Shown here one piece after another: positions 10,607 through 21,142 of a stretch of 64,000 nucleotides of DNA. This DNA comes from Haemophilus parainfluenzae (GTDB lineage Bacteria; Pseudomonadota; Gammaproteobacteria; Enterobacterales; Pasteurellaceae): NCBI GenBank assembly GCA_963516375.1, contig CAUQBI010000012.1:6562-70561 (forward strand). Direction: 5' to 3'. Under the pieces are notes generated by a model that saw nothing but the letters and a program-made list of their open reading frames with translations, was not told the origin of the DNA and searched no databases. The position numbers and the translations under genes are program-made. The stretch's first letter is position 1, and the number at the start of each line of letters is the position of its first letter.

Positions 10607-10701
10607 AAAAAAAAGCTCCTAATTTCTTAGGAGCACCAAAAAGGAATTTATGAATAAAATCTCTAAAGTTTAGCTTTATCAAAGGAATCTCGATAAAACG
10701 C
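10607..10701 (-). ncRNA. Candidate ~95-nt small RNA downstream of pepT
   Basis: Minus-strand TTGCAT-N17-TATAAT promoter, 5' hairpin, and terminator gctcctaa/ttaggagc with a U8 tail; no credible sense ORF. Confidence 0.65.
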
Positions 10702-10706
10702 TAACG

Positions 10707-10768
10707 ATTATATTGACATATTCTGACAAATGCAAGCTTTTTCTTTACACTAATTTACAAATCTTTAC
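10707..10768 (-). promoter_or_regulatory. Sigma70 promoter with triple CpxR-type box (GTAAA-N5-GTAAA-N5-GTAAA)
   Basis: -10 at 10707-10712, -35 at 10730-10735; TTTAC at 10744, 10754 and 10764 (10-bp period). Confidence 0.65.
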
Positions 10769-11990
10769 AGTTTGCTATTTTTATGACCACTTCGACGGCT
10801 TTTTCCATTCCTTCAAGGGTCACTAATTCATGTTTACTATGGAAATTATAGCCACCAGTAAAAATATTTGGACAAGCTAATCCTTTCTCTGCTAAAAATG
10901 CCCCATCCGTTCCGCCCCGTATTGGTTTATGATTTGGAGTAATACCGCAAGCTTTCATTGCTGCGTCCGCGAGTTCAATCGCCTGTGGAACATTTTTGAC
11001 TGTGTCATACATATTTTTATAACTGTCTTCAATGACACATTCCACAGGCTCTTTCAGGCTTTTCTCTCTATTAAATTTTTCTACAAGTTGATAAATAAAC
11101 GCTTTACGTTGCTCAAATTTAGCTTGGTCAAAATCTCGGATGAGATAATATAGCTCAACTTTCTCAATATCCCCTTTAAAATCATCTAAATGGAAAAAAC
11201 CCTCTTTTCCTGATGTTTTTTCGGGGACATCATCTTTTGGAAAACCTTGTTGAAACTCACAAGCTAACGTAAGCGCATTCACTAATTTATTTTTAGCATA
11301 CCCCGGATGAATACCTCGCCCCTTAAAGGTTATTTTTGCCGTTGCTGCATTAAAATTCTCATACTCGAGCTCGCCCACTTCTCCTCCATCAATGGTATAT
11401 GCCCAATCACAAGGGAAATCATCCAATGGGAAATAATGCATTCCTAAACCAATTTCTTCGTCAGGCGTAAATGCAACCCGAATATTGCAATGTGGTATAT
11501 TTTCCCGTTGCAAGACAGAAAGTGCGGTCATAATTTCTGCGATTCCAGCTTTATTATCTGCACCAAGTAAAGTGGTTCCATCTGTCACAATCAAGGTTTT
11601 GCCAATAAGCTGATGTAAAAATGGATAATATACGGGACTAATAAACTCTTCCCCTAAACCTAATGCAATATCTCCTCCCCGATAATTTTCGATCACTTCG
11701 GGTTGAACATTTTTACCACTGCATTGAGGGGAAGTATCTAGGTGGGAAATAAAACCTATGGTTTGTGTTAAATCAGGATGATTGGAAGGTAAATAAGCTG
11801 TAACGACGGCATGCTTAGTCACATTGACATCTTGTAAACCAAGTTCAATTAATTCTTGCTGCAAGTGCAAAGCCAACTTCATTTGCCCTGCTGAACTGGG
11901 TGAATGTTTTGCAGACGATTTAGATTGCGTATCAAACGCAACATAAGTTAAAAATCGCTGTAATAATTCATTGTTATTATGTTCTTCCAT
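10755..11990 (-). CDS. pepT: Peptidase T (M20B tripeptidase)
   Basis: SHLDTS, LLGADNKAG, FTPDEEIG, PIRGGTDG and GGYNFHS. Confidence 0.97.
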   Translation of the reverse strand: MEEHNNNELLQRFLTYVAFDTQSKSSAKHSPSSAGQMKLALHLQQELIELGLQDVNVTKHAVVTAYLPSNHPDLTQTIGFISHLDTSPQCSGKNVQPEVIENYRGGDIALGLGEEFISPVYYPFLHQLIGKTLIVTDGTTLLGADNKAGIAEIMTALSVLQRENIPHCNIRVAFTPDEEIGLGMHYFPLDDFPCDWAYTIDGGEVGELEYENFNAATAKITFKGRGIHPGYAKNKLVNALTLACEFQQGFPKDDVPEKTSGKEGFFHLDDFKGDIEKVELYYLIRDFDQAKFEQRKAFIYQLVEKFNREKSLKEPVECVIEDSYKNMYDTVKNVPQAIELADAAMKACGITPNHKPIRGGTDGAFLAEKGLACPNIFTGGYNFHSKHELVTLEGMEKAVEVVIKIANCKDL

Positions 11991-12017
11991 TTTTAAATTC
12001 TCCTTTATATCAACCCT

Positions 12018-12059
12018 AGTCTAATCCCAAAATTCGTTACAGTTCTTGATATATAACAA
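12018..12059 (-). promoter_or_regulatory. Class II FNR-dependent promoter of pepT
   Basis: TTGAT-atat-AACAA at 12046-12059, centred -41.5 relative to the minus-strand -10 TAGACT (12018-12023). Confidence 0.65.
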
Positions 12060-12268
12060 GAAAGTGGAGAGTTATAAAATTTTCTGAAAAAAGTGCGGTC
12101 AAATTTTCGATAAATTTTTTCCTAAAAACACGATTAAATCCTTTTCATCATTAACAATTCGCTATATCATATCTGCTCAATTTTATGTCGCCCCTGCATC
12201 ATTTTTTGCAGGTTTATTTCTACTCAGTACCAATCAAATTGGTGAAATTAGGGAGAAAACCAAAGCTA

Positions 12269-13387
12269 GTGGAAAATCTGGTTCAAAACAAGCCTATTAT
12301 TGAGCTTCGTTCTATCAAAAAATCCTATGGTTCCAACACAATCATTAATGATTTCAATCTAACCATTAATAACGGTGAATTCGTCACAATTCTTGGCCCT
12401 TCAGGCTGTGGTAAAACTACAGTTTTGCGTTTATTAGCGGGTTTAGAAGAATTAGATGAAGGTCATATTATTTTGGACGGTGAGGACATTACTAATGTTC
12501 CGGCGGAAAAACGCCACATTAACACCGTATTCCAAAGTTATGCATTATTCCCGCATATGACTATTTTTGATAACGTGGCTTTTGGTTTGCGTATGCAAAA
12601 AGTGGCAGAAAGCGAGATTAAACCTCGTGTTCTGGATGCATTGCGTATGGTGCAATTAGAAGAAATGGCCGACCGTAAACCAGCTCAACTTTCTGGTGGT
12701 CAGCAACAACGTATCGCGATTGCTCGTGCTGTTGTGAATAAGCCAAAAGTGTTGCTACTGGATGAATCTTTATCTGCGCTGGATTATAAGTTACGTAAAC
12801 AAATGCAAAACGAACTTAAACAATTACAGCGTCAACTTGGCATTACCTTTATTTTCGTTACCCACGATCAAGAAGAAGCGATCACTATGTCTGACCGTAT
12901 CGTCTTGTTGCGTAAGGGTAAAATTGCACAAGATGGCTCACCACGTGAAATCTATGAAGATCCAGCCAACTTATTCGTCGCTCGCTTCATTGGTGAAATT
13001 AACGTGTTTGATGCCACTGTGATTGAACGTAAATCTGACGATGAACTACTTGCTAACGTAGAAGGTCGTATATGTGATATTCACACCAGTATCTCTGCTG
13101 AAAAAGGTCAAAAACTACAAGTATTGTTACGTCCTGAAGATATTGTGATTGAAGAGCTTGACGAAAATGAGCACTCAAATGCAATTATTGGTCGCATTGT
13201 GGATCGTACCTATAAAGGGATGACACTTGAGTCTACAGTCGAATTTGATCACAACGGCAAACGCGTATTAGTGAGCGAGTTCTTTAACGAAGATGATCCA
13301 CATATGGATCACAGCGTTGGTCAACGTGTAGGTATTACATGGCACGAAGGTTGGGAGGTTGTACTCAACGATGAAGATAATCAATAA
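12269..13387 (+). CDS. potA: Spermidine/putrescine ABC transporter ATPase (GTG start at 12269, alternatively 12242)
   Basis: [27 protein letters not shown] and TOBE C-terminus. Confidence 0.95.
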   Translation: MENLVQNKPIIELRSIKKSYGSNTIINDFNLTINNGEFVTILGPSGCGKTTVLRLLAGLEELDEGHIILDGEDITNVPAEKRHINTVFQSYALFPHMTIFDNVAFGLRMQKVAESEIKPRVLDALRMVQLEEMADRKPAQLSGGQQQRIAIARAVVNKPKVLLLDESLSALDYKLRKQMQNELKQLQRQLGITFIFVTHDQEEAITMSDRIVLLRKGKIAQDGSPREIYEDPANLFVARFIGEINVFDATVIERKSDDELLANVEGRICDIHTSISAEKGQKLQVLLRPEDIVIEELDENEHSNAIIGRIVDRTYKGMTLESTVEFDHNGKRVLVSEFFNEDDPHMDHSVGQRVGITWHEGWEVVLNDEDNQ

Positions 13388-14231
13388 TAAATTCCAGAAA
13401 ATTACTGTTGCAATTATCTTCAGTTGGTTAATCTTCTTTGTGCTAATTCCAAACTTATTAGTATTAACTGTAAGTTTTTTAACCCGAGATGGTAGCGACT
13501 TTTATGCTTTGCCATTTACTTTAGATAACTACACTAACCTGTTTAATCCGCTTTATGCGCAAGTAGTGTGGAACTCATTGTATATGTCTGGCATTGCGAC
13601 GATTATTTGCTTACTCATTGGCTATCCGTTTGCCTTTATGGTCAGCAAAATTAATCCGAAATATCGTCCATTTTTGTTATTCCTCGTGGTATTGCCATTC
13701 TGGACAAACTCACTTATTCGTATCTATGGAATGAAAGTCTTCCTTGGTGTGAAAGGTGTGTTAAATACCATGTTAATGGATATGGGCATTTTGAGTGAGC
13801 CTATTCGTATTTTAAATACCGAAGTAGCTGTAATCATTGGTTTAGTGTATCTCCTTTTACCATTTATGATTCTTCCACTCTACTCTGCTATTGAAAAATT
13901 AGATGGACGTTTATTAGAAGCGGCAAGAGATTTAGGCGCGAATGCGGTTCAACGTTTCTTCCGTGTTATTTTGCCACTAACCATGCCAGGTATCGTAGCA
14001 GGCTGTTTATTAGTATTACTACCCGCAATGGGCATGTTCTACGTAGCTGACTTACTTGGTGGTGCGAAAGTATTATTAGTCGGTAACGTGATTAAGAGTG
14101 AGTTCTTAATTTCTCGTAACTGGCCATTTGGTTCAGCGATCAGTATCGGTTTAACCATCTTAATGGCATTGTTGATTTTCGTTTACTATCGTGCAAATAA
14201 ATTATTGAATAAGAAAGTGGAGTTAGAATAA
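13371..14231 (+). CDS. potB: Spermidine/putrescine ABC permease
   Basis: PFWTNSLIR and EAA loop [10 protein letters not shown]. Confidence 0.95.
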   Translation: MKIINNKFQKITVAIIFSWLIFFVLIPNLLVLTVSFLTRDGSDFYALPFTLDNYTNLFNPLYAQVVWNSLYMSGIATIICLLIGYPFAFMVSKINPKYRPFLLFLVVLPFWTNSLIRIYGMKVFLGVKGVLNTMLMDMGILSEPIRILNTEVAVIIGLVYLLLPFMILPLYSAIEKLDGRLLEAARDLGANAVQRFFRVILPLTMPGIVAGCLLVLLPAMGMFYVADLLGGAKVLLVGNVIKSEFLISRNWPFGSAISIGLTILMALLIFVYYRANKLLNKKVELE

Positions 14232-15001
14232 TGAGTCGTTTACTACGTAATATTTTTATGTTTGTGGTATACGCTTATTTGTATATCCCAATTATTATCT
14301 TGGTGACTAACTCCTTTAACGAAGACCGTTATGGTTTAAGTTGGAAAGGCTTTAGTTGGAACTGGTATGAGCGTTTATTTAATAACGATACCCTAATCCA
14401 AGCTGCGTTCCACTCTGTCACGATTGCTTTCTTTGCTGCAACGTTAGCCACTATTGTGGGTGGTTTAACCGCGATTGCACTTTATCGCTATCGTTTCCGA
14501 GGTAAACAAGCAGTAAGTGGTATGTTATTTATCGTCATGATGTCACCAGATATCGTAATGGCGGTTTCTCTACTTGCCTTATTCATGGTTGTAGGGATTT
14601 CGCTTGGTTTCTGGTCATTATTATTGGCGCACGTAACATTCTGTTTACCTTATGTTACCGTGACGATTTTCTCGCGTTTAAATGGCTTTGATGCAAGAAT
14701 GCTTGAAGCGGCAAAAGATTTAGGTGCGAGTGAAGTCACTATTTTGCGTAAAATTATCCTACCACTTGCCTTACCTGCAGTGGTATCAGGTTGGTTATTA
14801 AGCTTTACTATTTCATTAGATGATGTTGTTGTCTCCTCTTTCGTAAGTGGTGTAAGCTATGAAATTCTACCATTGCGTATCTTCTCTCTTGTTAAAACAG
14901 GGGTAACACCAGAAGTAAACGCGTTAGCAACGATTATGATTGTGCTTTCATTAGGATTAGTAATTTTAAGTCAATTAGTTACACGCAAAAATAATCATTA
15001 A
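14231..15001 (+). CDS. potC: Spermidine/putrescine ABC permease
   Basis: EAAKDLGA, SFTISLDD and PEVNALAT. Confidence 0.95.
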   Translation: MSRLLRNIFMFVVYAYLYIPIIILVTNSFNEDRYGLSWKGFSWNWYERLFNNDTLIQAAFHSVTIAFFAATLATIVGGLTAIALYRYRFRGKQAVSGMLFIVMMSPDIVMAVSLLALFMVVGISLGFWSLLLAHVTFCLPYVTVTIFSRLNGFDARMLEAAKDLGASEVTILRKIILPLALPAVVSGWLLSFTISLDDVVVSSFVSGVSYEILPLRIFSLVKTGVTPEVNALATIMIVLSLGLVILSQLVTRKNNH

Positions 15002-15048
15002 ACATTGATATAAAAAGGTTTCACAAATCTTTTAAGATCAAATAAAAT

Positions 15049-15079
15049 ACGCCTTGACGCACAATCAAGGCGTTTTTTT
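15049..15079 (+). terminator. Intrinsic terminator between potC and potD
   Basis: acgccttga-N7-tcaaggcgt followed by a T-run. Confidence 0.65.
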
Positions 15080-15135
15080 ATACCTGCATTAATGCAGGTG
15101 GTTTTTTACCCCTCTTTTACGGAGAACAAAGAAAA

Positions 15136-16218
15136 ATGAAAAAATTTGCAGGTTTGCTTACTGCCGGTTTAGTTGCCGCTACATTAACTGCTTGTAACGA
15201 CAAAGAAGCCAAGTCTGATGCAACAAAAGCACAGGCTCCAGCAAATGATACTGTGTACTTATATACTTGGACTGAATACGTACCAGATGGTCTTTTAGAT
15301 GACTTCACAAAAGAAACTGGTATCAAAGTTATCGTAGCAAGTCTTGAATCCAATGAGACGATGTATGCTAAAATGAAAACCCAAGGTGATGCAGGCGGTT
15401 ATGATGTTATTGCTCCATCTAACTACTTCGTATCTAAAATGGCACGCGAAGGCATGCTACAAGAATTAGATCACAGTAAATTACCTGTTATCAAAGAATT
15501 AGACCCTGATTGGCTCAACAAACCTTATGACAAAGGCAATAAATACTCGCTTCCTCAGTTGTTAGGTGCGCCAGGTATTGCATTTAATACCAATACCTAT
15601 AAAGGTTCTGACTTCACTTCTTGGGGTGATTTCTGGAAACCTGAATACGCAAACAAAATCCAATTATTGGATGATGCGCGTGAAGTATTCAATATTGCGT
15701 TATTAAAAATTGGTCAAGATCCAAACACCAAAGATCCAGCAATTATCAAGCAAGCTTATGAAGAGTTATTGAAATTACGTCCAAACGTACTTTCTTTCAA
15801 CTCTGATAACCCTGCAAACTCTTTCATCTCTGGTGAAGTAGAATTAGGTCAATTATGGAATGGTTCTGTACGTATCGCGAAAAAAGAACAAGCGCCATTA
15901 AATATGGTGTTCCCAAAAGAAGGTCCTGTTCTTTGGGTTGATACTTTAGCGATTCCTAAAACCTCTAAAAACCCAGATGGTGCACACAAGTTAATTAACT
16001 ACTTGTTAGGTGCAAAAGCAGCGGAGAAATTGACTTTAGCGATCGGTTACCCAACAGCTAACCTTGAAGCGAAAAAAGTCCTTCCAAAAGAAATTACAGA
16101 AGATCCATCTATTTATCCACCAGCAGAAATTCTTCAAAAAAGCTACTGGCAAGATGATGTAGGTGATGCGATTCAATATTATGAACAGTATTACCAAGAG
16201 TTAAAAGCAGCAAAATAA
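15136..16218 (+). CDS. potD: Spermidine/putrescine-binding lipoprotein
   Basis: Lipobox LTAC; YTWTEYVP, ESNETMYAK and PKEGPVLWVD. Confidence 0.93.
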   Translation: MKKFAGLLTAGLVAATLTACNDKEAKSDATKAQAPANDTVYLYTWTEYVPDGLLDDFTKETGIKVIVASLESNETMYAKMKTQGDAGGYDVIAPSNYFVSKMAREGMLQELDHSKLPVIKELDPDWLNKPYDKGNKYSLPQLLGAPGIAFNTNTYKGSDFTSWGDFWKPEYANKIQLLDDAREVFNIALLKIGQDPNTKDPAIIKQAYEELLKLRPNVLSFNSDNPANSFISGEVELGQLWNGSVRIAKKEQAPLNMVFPKEGPVLWVDTLAIPKTSKNPDGAHKLINYLLGAKAAEKLTLAIGYPTANLEAKKVLPKEITEDPSIYPPAEILQKSYWQDDVGDAIQYYEQYYQELKAAK

Positions 16219-16236
16219 TGCGCTTTTAAGTGATAA

Positions 16237-16270
16237 CAAAAAGTGCGGTCTAATTTGACCGCACTTTTTT
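16237..16270. terminator. Bidirectional USS-pair terminator (potD/rarA)
   Basis: aaaAAGTGCGGTc...gACCGCACTTtttt. Confidence 0.8.
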
Positions 16271-16293
16271 ATATTTACCATTTTAGAAAAAAA

Positions 16294-17634
16294 CTATTTA
16301 TAGCGTTTTTTTGATGCGTTTTTATCTTGCTCTTGTAAACGTTCAAGTTTTTCTTTAATTTGAATTTCCATACCACGATTAGTTGGGGAATAATACTGAG
16401 TATCTTTCAGTTCCGGTGGAAAGTAATTTTCCCCTGCGGCATAAGCATTTGGCTCATCATGTGCATAGCGATATTCAGCGCCATAACCTAATTCTTTCAT
16501 TAAAGCCGTTGGCGCATTACGTAAATGAGGTGGCACATCGAAATCAGGAAACTCTTTTGCATGTTGTTTAGCTGCATTAAATGCGTTATAAACCGCATTA
16601 CTCTTCGGCGCTACGGCCAAATAAATAATGGCTTGCGCAATGGCTCTCTCTCCTTCATAAGCGCCCACTCTCGTAAAACAATCCCAAGCTGCTAGAGCCA
16701 CTTGCATTGCACGAGGATCTGCATTTCCCACATCTTCTGATGCAATCGCTAATAAACGTCTTGCAACATAAAGAGGATCACCGCCTGCAGTGATAATTCG
16801 CGCATACCAGTAAAGCGCAGCATCTGCTGCGGAGCCTCGAATAGATTTATGTAAAGCAGAAATCAAATCATAAAAACGATCGCCTTGTTTATCAAAACGC
16901 GCTTGTCGTTCACCTAATACTTCTTTCAACAAAGTGCGGTCTAATTTTTTACCGTTTTCTGTTTCAGAAGCCATGTCCACCATCAGTTCAAGGCAATTTA
17001 AAGCCAGGCGCGCATCACCATTCACATATTCGGCTAATACCTGTAGCAAATTCTCTTCTAAAACTAACCGCTCTTTACCTAATCCCCGCTCAGGATCAGA
17101 AATCGCTTGTTGTAGAACTTGTTCGATTTCAGCAACTGTCAATGACTTAAGGAGATAAACTCTCGCACGAGAAAGTAAGGCATTATTTAATTCAAAGGAA
17201 GGATTTTCTGTTGTCGCACCAATAAAAATAATCGTACCATCTTCAATATGTGGCAAAAACGCATCTTGTTGGCTTTTGTTAAAGCGGTGTACTTCATCCA
17301 CAAATAAAATCGTTTGGCGATCCGCGAGTCGATTTTGTTTCGCTCGCTCAATTGATTCTCGAATCTCTTTCACGCCGCTTGTCACCGCTGAAATTCGTTC
17401 AACTTCTGCATTAATGCGCTGGGCTATAATTTCCGCCAGCGTTGTTTTACCTGTACCTGGCGGTCCCCACAAAATCATAGAATGAACATGTCCTGCTTGA
17501 ATTGCTTTACGAAGCGGCTTTCCTTCCCCAATTAAATGCGTCTGTCCATAATATTGTTCCAAATTTGTTGGACGCATACGGGCTGCTAAAGGGCGAAAGT
17601 CATTTTCAGCAAAATCAAAATTAAGATTAGACAT
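16294..17634 (-). CDS. rarA: Replication-associated recombination AAA+ ATPase RarA/MgsA
   Basis: [37 protein letters not shown] and APKSN. Confidence 0.97.
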   Translation of the reverse strand: MSNLNFDFAENDFRPLAARMRPTNLEQYYGQTHLIGEGKPLRKAIQAGHVHSMILWGPPGTGKTTLAEIIAQRINAEVERISAVTSGVKEIRESIERAKQNRLADRQTILFVDEVHRFNKSQQDAFLPHIEDGTIIFIGATTENPSFELNNALLSRARVYLLKSLTVAEIEQVLQQAISDPERGLGKERLVLEENLLQVLAEYVNGDARLALNCLELMVDMASETENGKKLDRTLLKEVLGERQARFDKQGDRFYDLISALHKSIRGSAADAALYWYARIITAGGDPLYVARRLLAIASEDVGNADPRAMQVALAAWDCFTRVGAYEGERAIAQAIIYLAVAPKSNAVYNAFNAAKQHAKEFPDFDVPPHLRNAPTALMKELGYGAEYRYAHDEPNAYAAGENYFPPELKDTQYYSPTNRGMEIQIKEKLERLQEQDKNASKKRYK

Positions 17635-17687
17635 ATTCTTTCCTTAATAAGCAAAAGGTGTGAAGATTATCATTCACACCTTATGGA

Positions 17688-18314
17688 TTATTTTTTACCT
17701 TTACGTTGGTCATCCAATTCCACGCCTTTCGGTACGCTAAATTGGAATAAGCTATCAGCTAGTGTTTGATTCGTAATGTTACGCAACACATAAAGATTGG
17801 TTTGGCCATCTTTTTCTGTGGTGCTGAAATTTTTTAACACACCATTTGTATCTACGCGAATATCAAATTGTTTAATATTACTATTTTTCGCCTTCGGTTT
17901 TAACACAAACGTATCCGCATTCTGCGTCACTGAATACTGATTCCAGTGGCTTTTATCGTTACTGGTTAAAAGCACGAAAGGGGTATTATTTACCGCGTCC
18001 TTCACCCATTGAGCGGTGACTTGTTGCACGAATGGATCGTAATACCAAAGGGTTTTACCATCTGCAATAATTTGTGTTTCTTGCGGTGATTTGGTATCCA
18101 TACGGAAAAGATTTGGACGTTTAATTTGAAGTTTTCCACTTCCTTGTTGAACGTTTTTACCACCAGCAGAAGTCACAGTTTGCGAGAAATCAGCACTTAA
18201 TACCGTTACTTGATTTAAGCGATTTTGTAGCTCATCTGCGGCATCAGCAAAGGCAAAGCTACTTGCGCTTAAAAGTGCAGTAAGTGCGGTCATTTTTAAT
18301 AATGTTTTTTTCAT
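17688..18314 (-). CDS. lolA: Outer-membrane lipoprotein carrier LolA
   Basis: Signal peptide, IKRPNLFR and [10 protein letters not shown]; ftsK-lolA-rarA synteny. Confidence 0.96.
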   Translation of the reverse strand: MKKTLLKMTALTALLSASSFAFADAADELQNRLNQVTVLSADFSQTVTSAGGKNVQQGSGKLQIKRPNLFRMDTKSPQETQIIADGKTLWYYDPFVQQVTAQWVKDAVNNTPFVLLTSNDKSHWNQYSVTQNADTFVLKPKAKNSNIKQFDIRVDTNGVLKNFSTTEKDGQTNLYVLRNITNQTLADSLFQFSVPKGVELDDQRKGKK

Positions 18315-18350
18315 TCTACTTTCCTTTTTGTAAAGTGAAACTTAAGAGAA

Positions 18351-21140
18351 TTAATATTCGGAACGTCGAGCTAAAATTTCTCGTTTTCCATTTTTCATTG
18401 GGCCTAAAATACCTTGTTCTTCGAGCTGATCCATAATTCGAGCCGCTCGGTTAAACCCAACACTAAATTTACGTTGAACATAAGAAGTCGATGTATTGCC
18501 TGTGCTTAAGACAAACTCAACGACTTCATCAAATAATGCATCAAGATCGCCACTACTTGCCGTTGATTTCTCATCTGAGTCTTCATCATCCGCGCCATCT
18601 AAAATGCCATCAATATAATTTGGTTTACCACGTGCACGCCAATCATCTGCTACACGCGCCACCTCATCATCACTCATAAAGGCACCATGTACACGAACAA
18701 GATCCGAAGAGCCTTGTCCTGAATATAACATGTCACCTCGGCCCAATAAGGCTTCTGCACCGCCTTGATCCAGAATCGTTCTAGAGTCAATTTTACTTGC
18801 TACAGTAAAGGCGATACGGCTTGGAATATTAGCCTTAATCAACCCAGTAATTACATCTACTGAAGGGCGTTGTGTGGCTAAAATTAAGTGAATACCAATC
18901 GCACGAGCTTTTTGTGCTAAGCGCGCAATTAACTCTTCAATTTGTTTACCCGCAACCATCATTAAGTCCGCAAACTCATCAACGATCACGACAATATAAC
19001 TCAATTTTTCTAATGGAGGCGGCATCTTATCCATTGTATCGCCAGGCTTCCAAATTGGGTTCGGAATTGGCATATTGAGTTTTTCATATTCTTCAATTTT
19101 TTCGTTATACCCTTCAATGTTACGCACACGTAAGGCTGACAACAATTGATAGCGACGTTCCATTTCTTCTACGCACCAACGCAGTGCATTTGCCGCTTTT
19201 TTCATATCCGTCACTACTGGAGTAAGCAAGTGTGGGATATCGTTATAAATAGAAAGCTCAACCACTTTCGGGTCAATCATAATAAATTTCACTTGATCCG
19301 GTGTTACACGGAAAAGCAAACTTAAAATCATGGTATTCACCCCAACAGACTTACCTGAGCCTGTCGAACCTGCCACAAGCAAGTGAGGCATTTTAGCCAA
19401 ATCAACCACAACGGGTTTTCCACTAATATCTTTACCCAAAGCCATTGAAAGCAATGATGTTGATGAACGGAATTCATTACTATCGAGCACATCACGCAAT
19501 GGCACCATTTGACGGTGCGCATTTGGCGTTTCAATACCAATATAAGGTTTGCCTGGAATCACTTCTGCTACACGAATCGCGCGGAACATCAAGGCACGTG
19601 CTAAATCGGTATCAATACTTGTTACTTTAGATGCTTTTACACCCGGTTGTAATTCAAGCTCATAACGAGTCACCACAGGGCCAACTAACACATCTTGTAC
19701 CGTTGCTTTGACATTAAAATTCTTCAATTGTTGTTCTATGCGTGCGGATGTGTCTAAAATTTCTTCACGCGTAATGTCTTGAGCCTGCGTTGGACGATGC
19801 TCAAGTAAATCTAAACTTGGTAATGGTGTCGTTGGTTTTTCACGTTTATTCGTTGGTTGTTGGAATGCGGGATGAATAAGCGTATCTGAATACGGCTTAT
19901 AGGTTGTTTCAGTAGCATTCTCAATATGAATTTCACGCTCTTTAGGTACTGAAACCACTGGTTCATTCAAGATCACTTTCAATGCATCTTCAGCATTTGA
20001 GGCTTTTGCACGCACTTCCATTTCTTGCATACGTGCTTGCTCTTGCGCAGCAAACTGACGCGCCAATTCATCTTCTAAACCATCATTTTCTGATTCTAAA
20101 GGTTCATCATAAGTTGGATAAAGTGCGGTTGTATTTTCAGGTGTTTTAAGTGACACTTTTGGCATCACATTTTCTTCAAAAATGTCATCTGACTCATCCA
20201 CACTTTGAGCATTCACTTGCGGATTTTTCCATGTTGCTGAAAAATCTTCTTTTGTTGGCAATTCAACGGAAGAAGTAGCCGAAATTGACACATTCGGTAA
20301 ATTGTCAGATTCAACCGTGAAGCCTTTAAACTTATCTTCTAATTTTTCAACATCTGTAGGTTCTGAAACGCTCGGTGAAGATAGCCCGCTGATATTTATT
20401 AGTTGCTCTGGCTTAACAAAGTTATTTTCAGACACTTCCTCTTTTTTATCCTCTGTAGATTCAGTTTCTAATTGAGAATCAGAGAAAGCGAGTTGTTGAG
20501 GTGCCTCTATCACAATTTGTTCAAGATCATCTACAGAAGTATGTTCTGCATGCTCCTCTTCTGCCGGCTGATTTTTCATGGTTAGCCAATGATAGAATTT
20601 CACAATTAAACGAATTAATGATGCACCGGAACAGAAAATAAAGCCTATAACTGCACAGATAAAGCCGACTAAAATACAGCCAAACTTACCGAGTGTAGGA
20701 TATAAATTCACCACTAAGCTGCCACCAAATACGCCGCCAGCTAAATAGTAGTTTGTATTTGAAAGCAGCAATGTTGCCATCATGGTTAAACCAATAATAA
20801 GAGCAATAAAGCCAAAGGAACGTAATGCAATACGGGTTACAGAGAGAGAATGAACCGCTTTGGTTTTCAGTAAATAAATCGGTACGATAAAAATGACAAA
20901 CGGAATGAGATGACCGACATAGCCGAGGAAAACAAAAAACGCATCAATTAGCCAAGCACCGAAAGCACCAGCTTTATTAATAGTTTCAGTTTGAAAACTT
21001 GCTGTAGACCAAGAGTTATCTAATGGCGTATAGCTTGACCATGCCACGATTAAATATAAACCTAAAAGTGCGGTCAATCCGAGTAATAATTCTGCTAAAT
21101 ATTGTTTCGGTGTAAATCGTTTTGTAATTCGTTTAATCAT
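18351..21140 (-). CDS. ftsK: DNA translocase FtsK
   Basis: N-terminal TMs, acidic linker, PHLLVAGSTGSGKS, LATQRPSVDV and gamma domain GFNRAARI. Confidence 0.97.
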   Translation of the reverse strand: MIKRITKRFTPKQYLAELLLGLTALLGLYLIVAWSSYTPLDNSWSTASFQTETINKAGAFGAWLIDAFFVFLGYVGHLIPFVIFIVPIYLLKTKAVHSLSVTRIALRSFGFIALIIGLTMMATLLLSNTNYYLAGGVFGGSLVVNLYPTLGKFGCILVGFICAVIGFIFCSGASLIRLIVKFYHWLTMKNQPAEEEHAEHTSVDDLEQIVIEAPQQLAFSDSQLETESTEDKKEEVSENNFVKPEQLINISGLSSPSVSEPTDVEKLEDKFKGFTVESDNLPNVSISATSSVELPTKEDFSATWKNPQVNAQSVDESDDIFEENVMPKVSLKTPENTTALYPTYDEPLESENDGLEDELARQFAAQEQARMQEMEVRAKASNAEDALKVILNEPVVSVPKEREIHIENATETTYKPYSDTLIHPAFQQPTNKREKPTTPLPSLDLLEHRPTQAQDITREEILDTSARIEQQLKNFNVKATVQDVLVGPVVTRYELELQPGVKASKVTSIDTDLARALMFRAIRVAEVIPGKPYIGIETPNAHRQMVPLRDVLDSNEFRSSTSLLSMALGKDISGKPVVVDLAKMPHLLVAGSTGSGKSVGVNTMILSLLFRVTPDQVKFIMIDPKVVELSIYNDIPHLLTPVVTDMKKAANALRWCVEEMERRYQLLSALRVRNIEGYNEKIEEYEKLNMPIPNPIWKPGDTMDKMPPPLEKLSYIVVIVDEFADLMMVAGKQIEELIARLAQKARAIGIHLILATQRPSVDVITGLIKANIPSRIAFTVASKIDSRTILDQGGAEALLGRGDMLYSGQGSSDLVRVHGAFMSDDEVARVADDWRARGKPNYIDGILDGADDEDSDEKSTASSGDLDALFDEVVEFVLSTGNTSTSYVQRKFSVGFNRAARIMDQLEEQGILGPMKNGKREILARRSEY

Positions 21141-21142
21141 TT

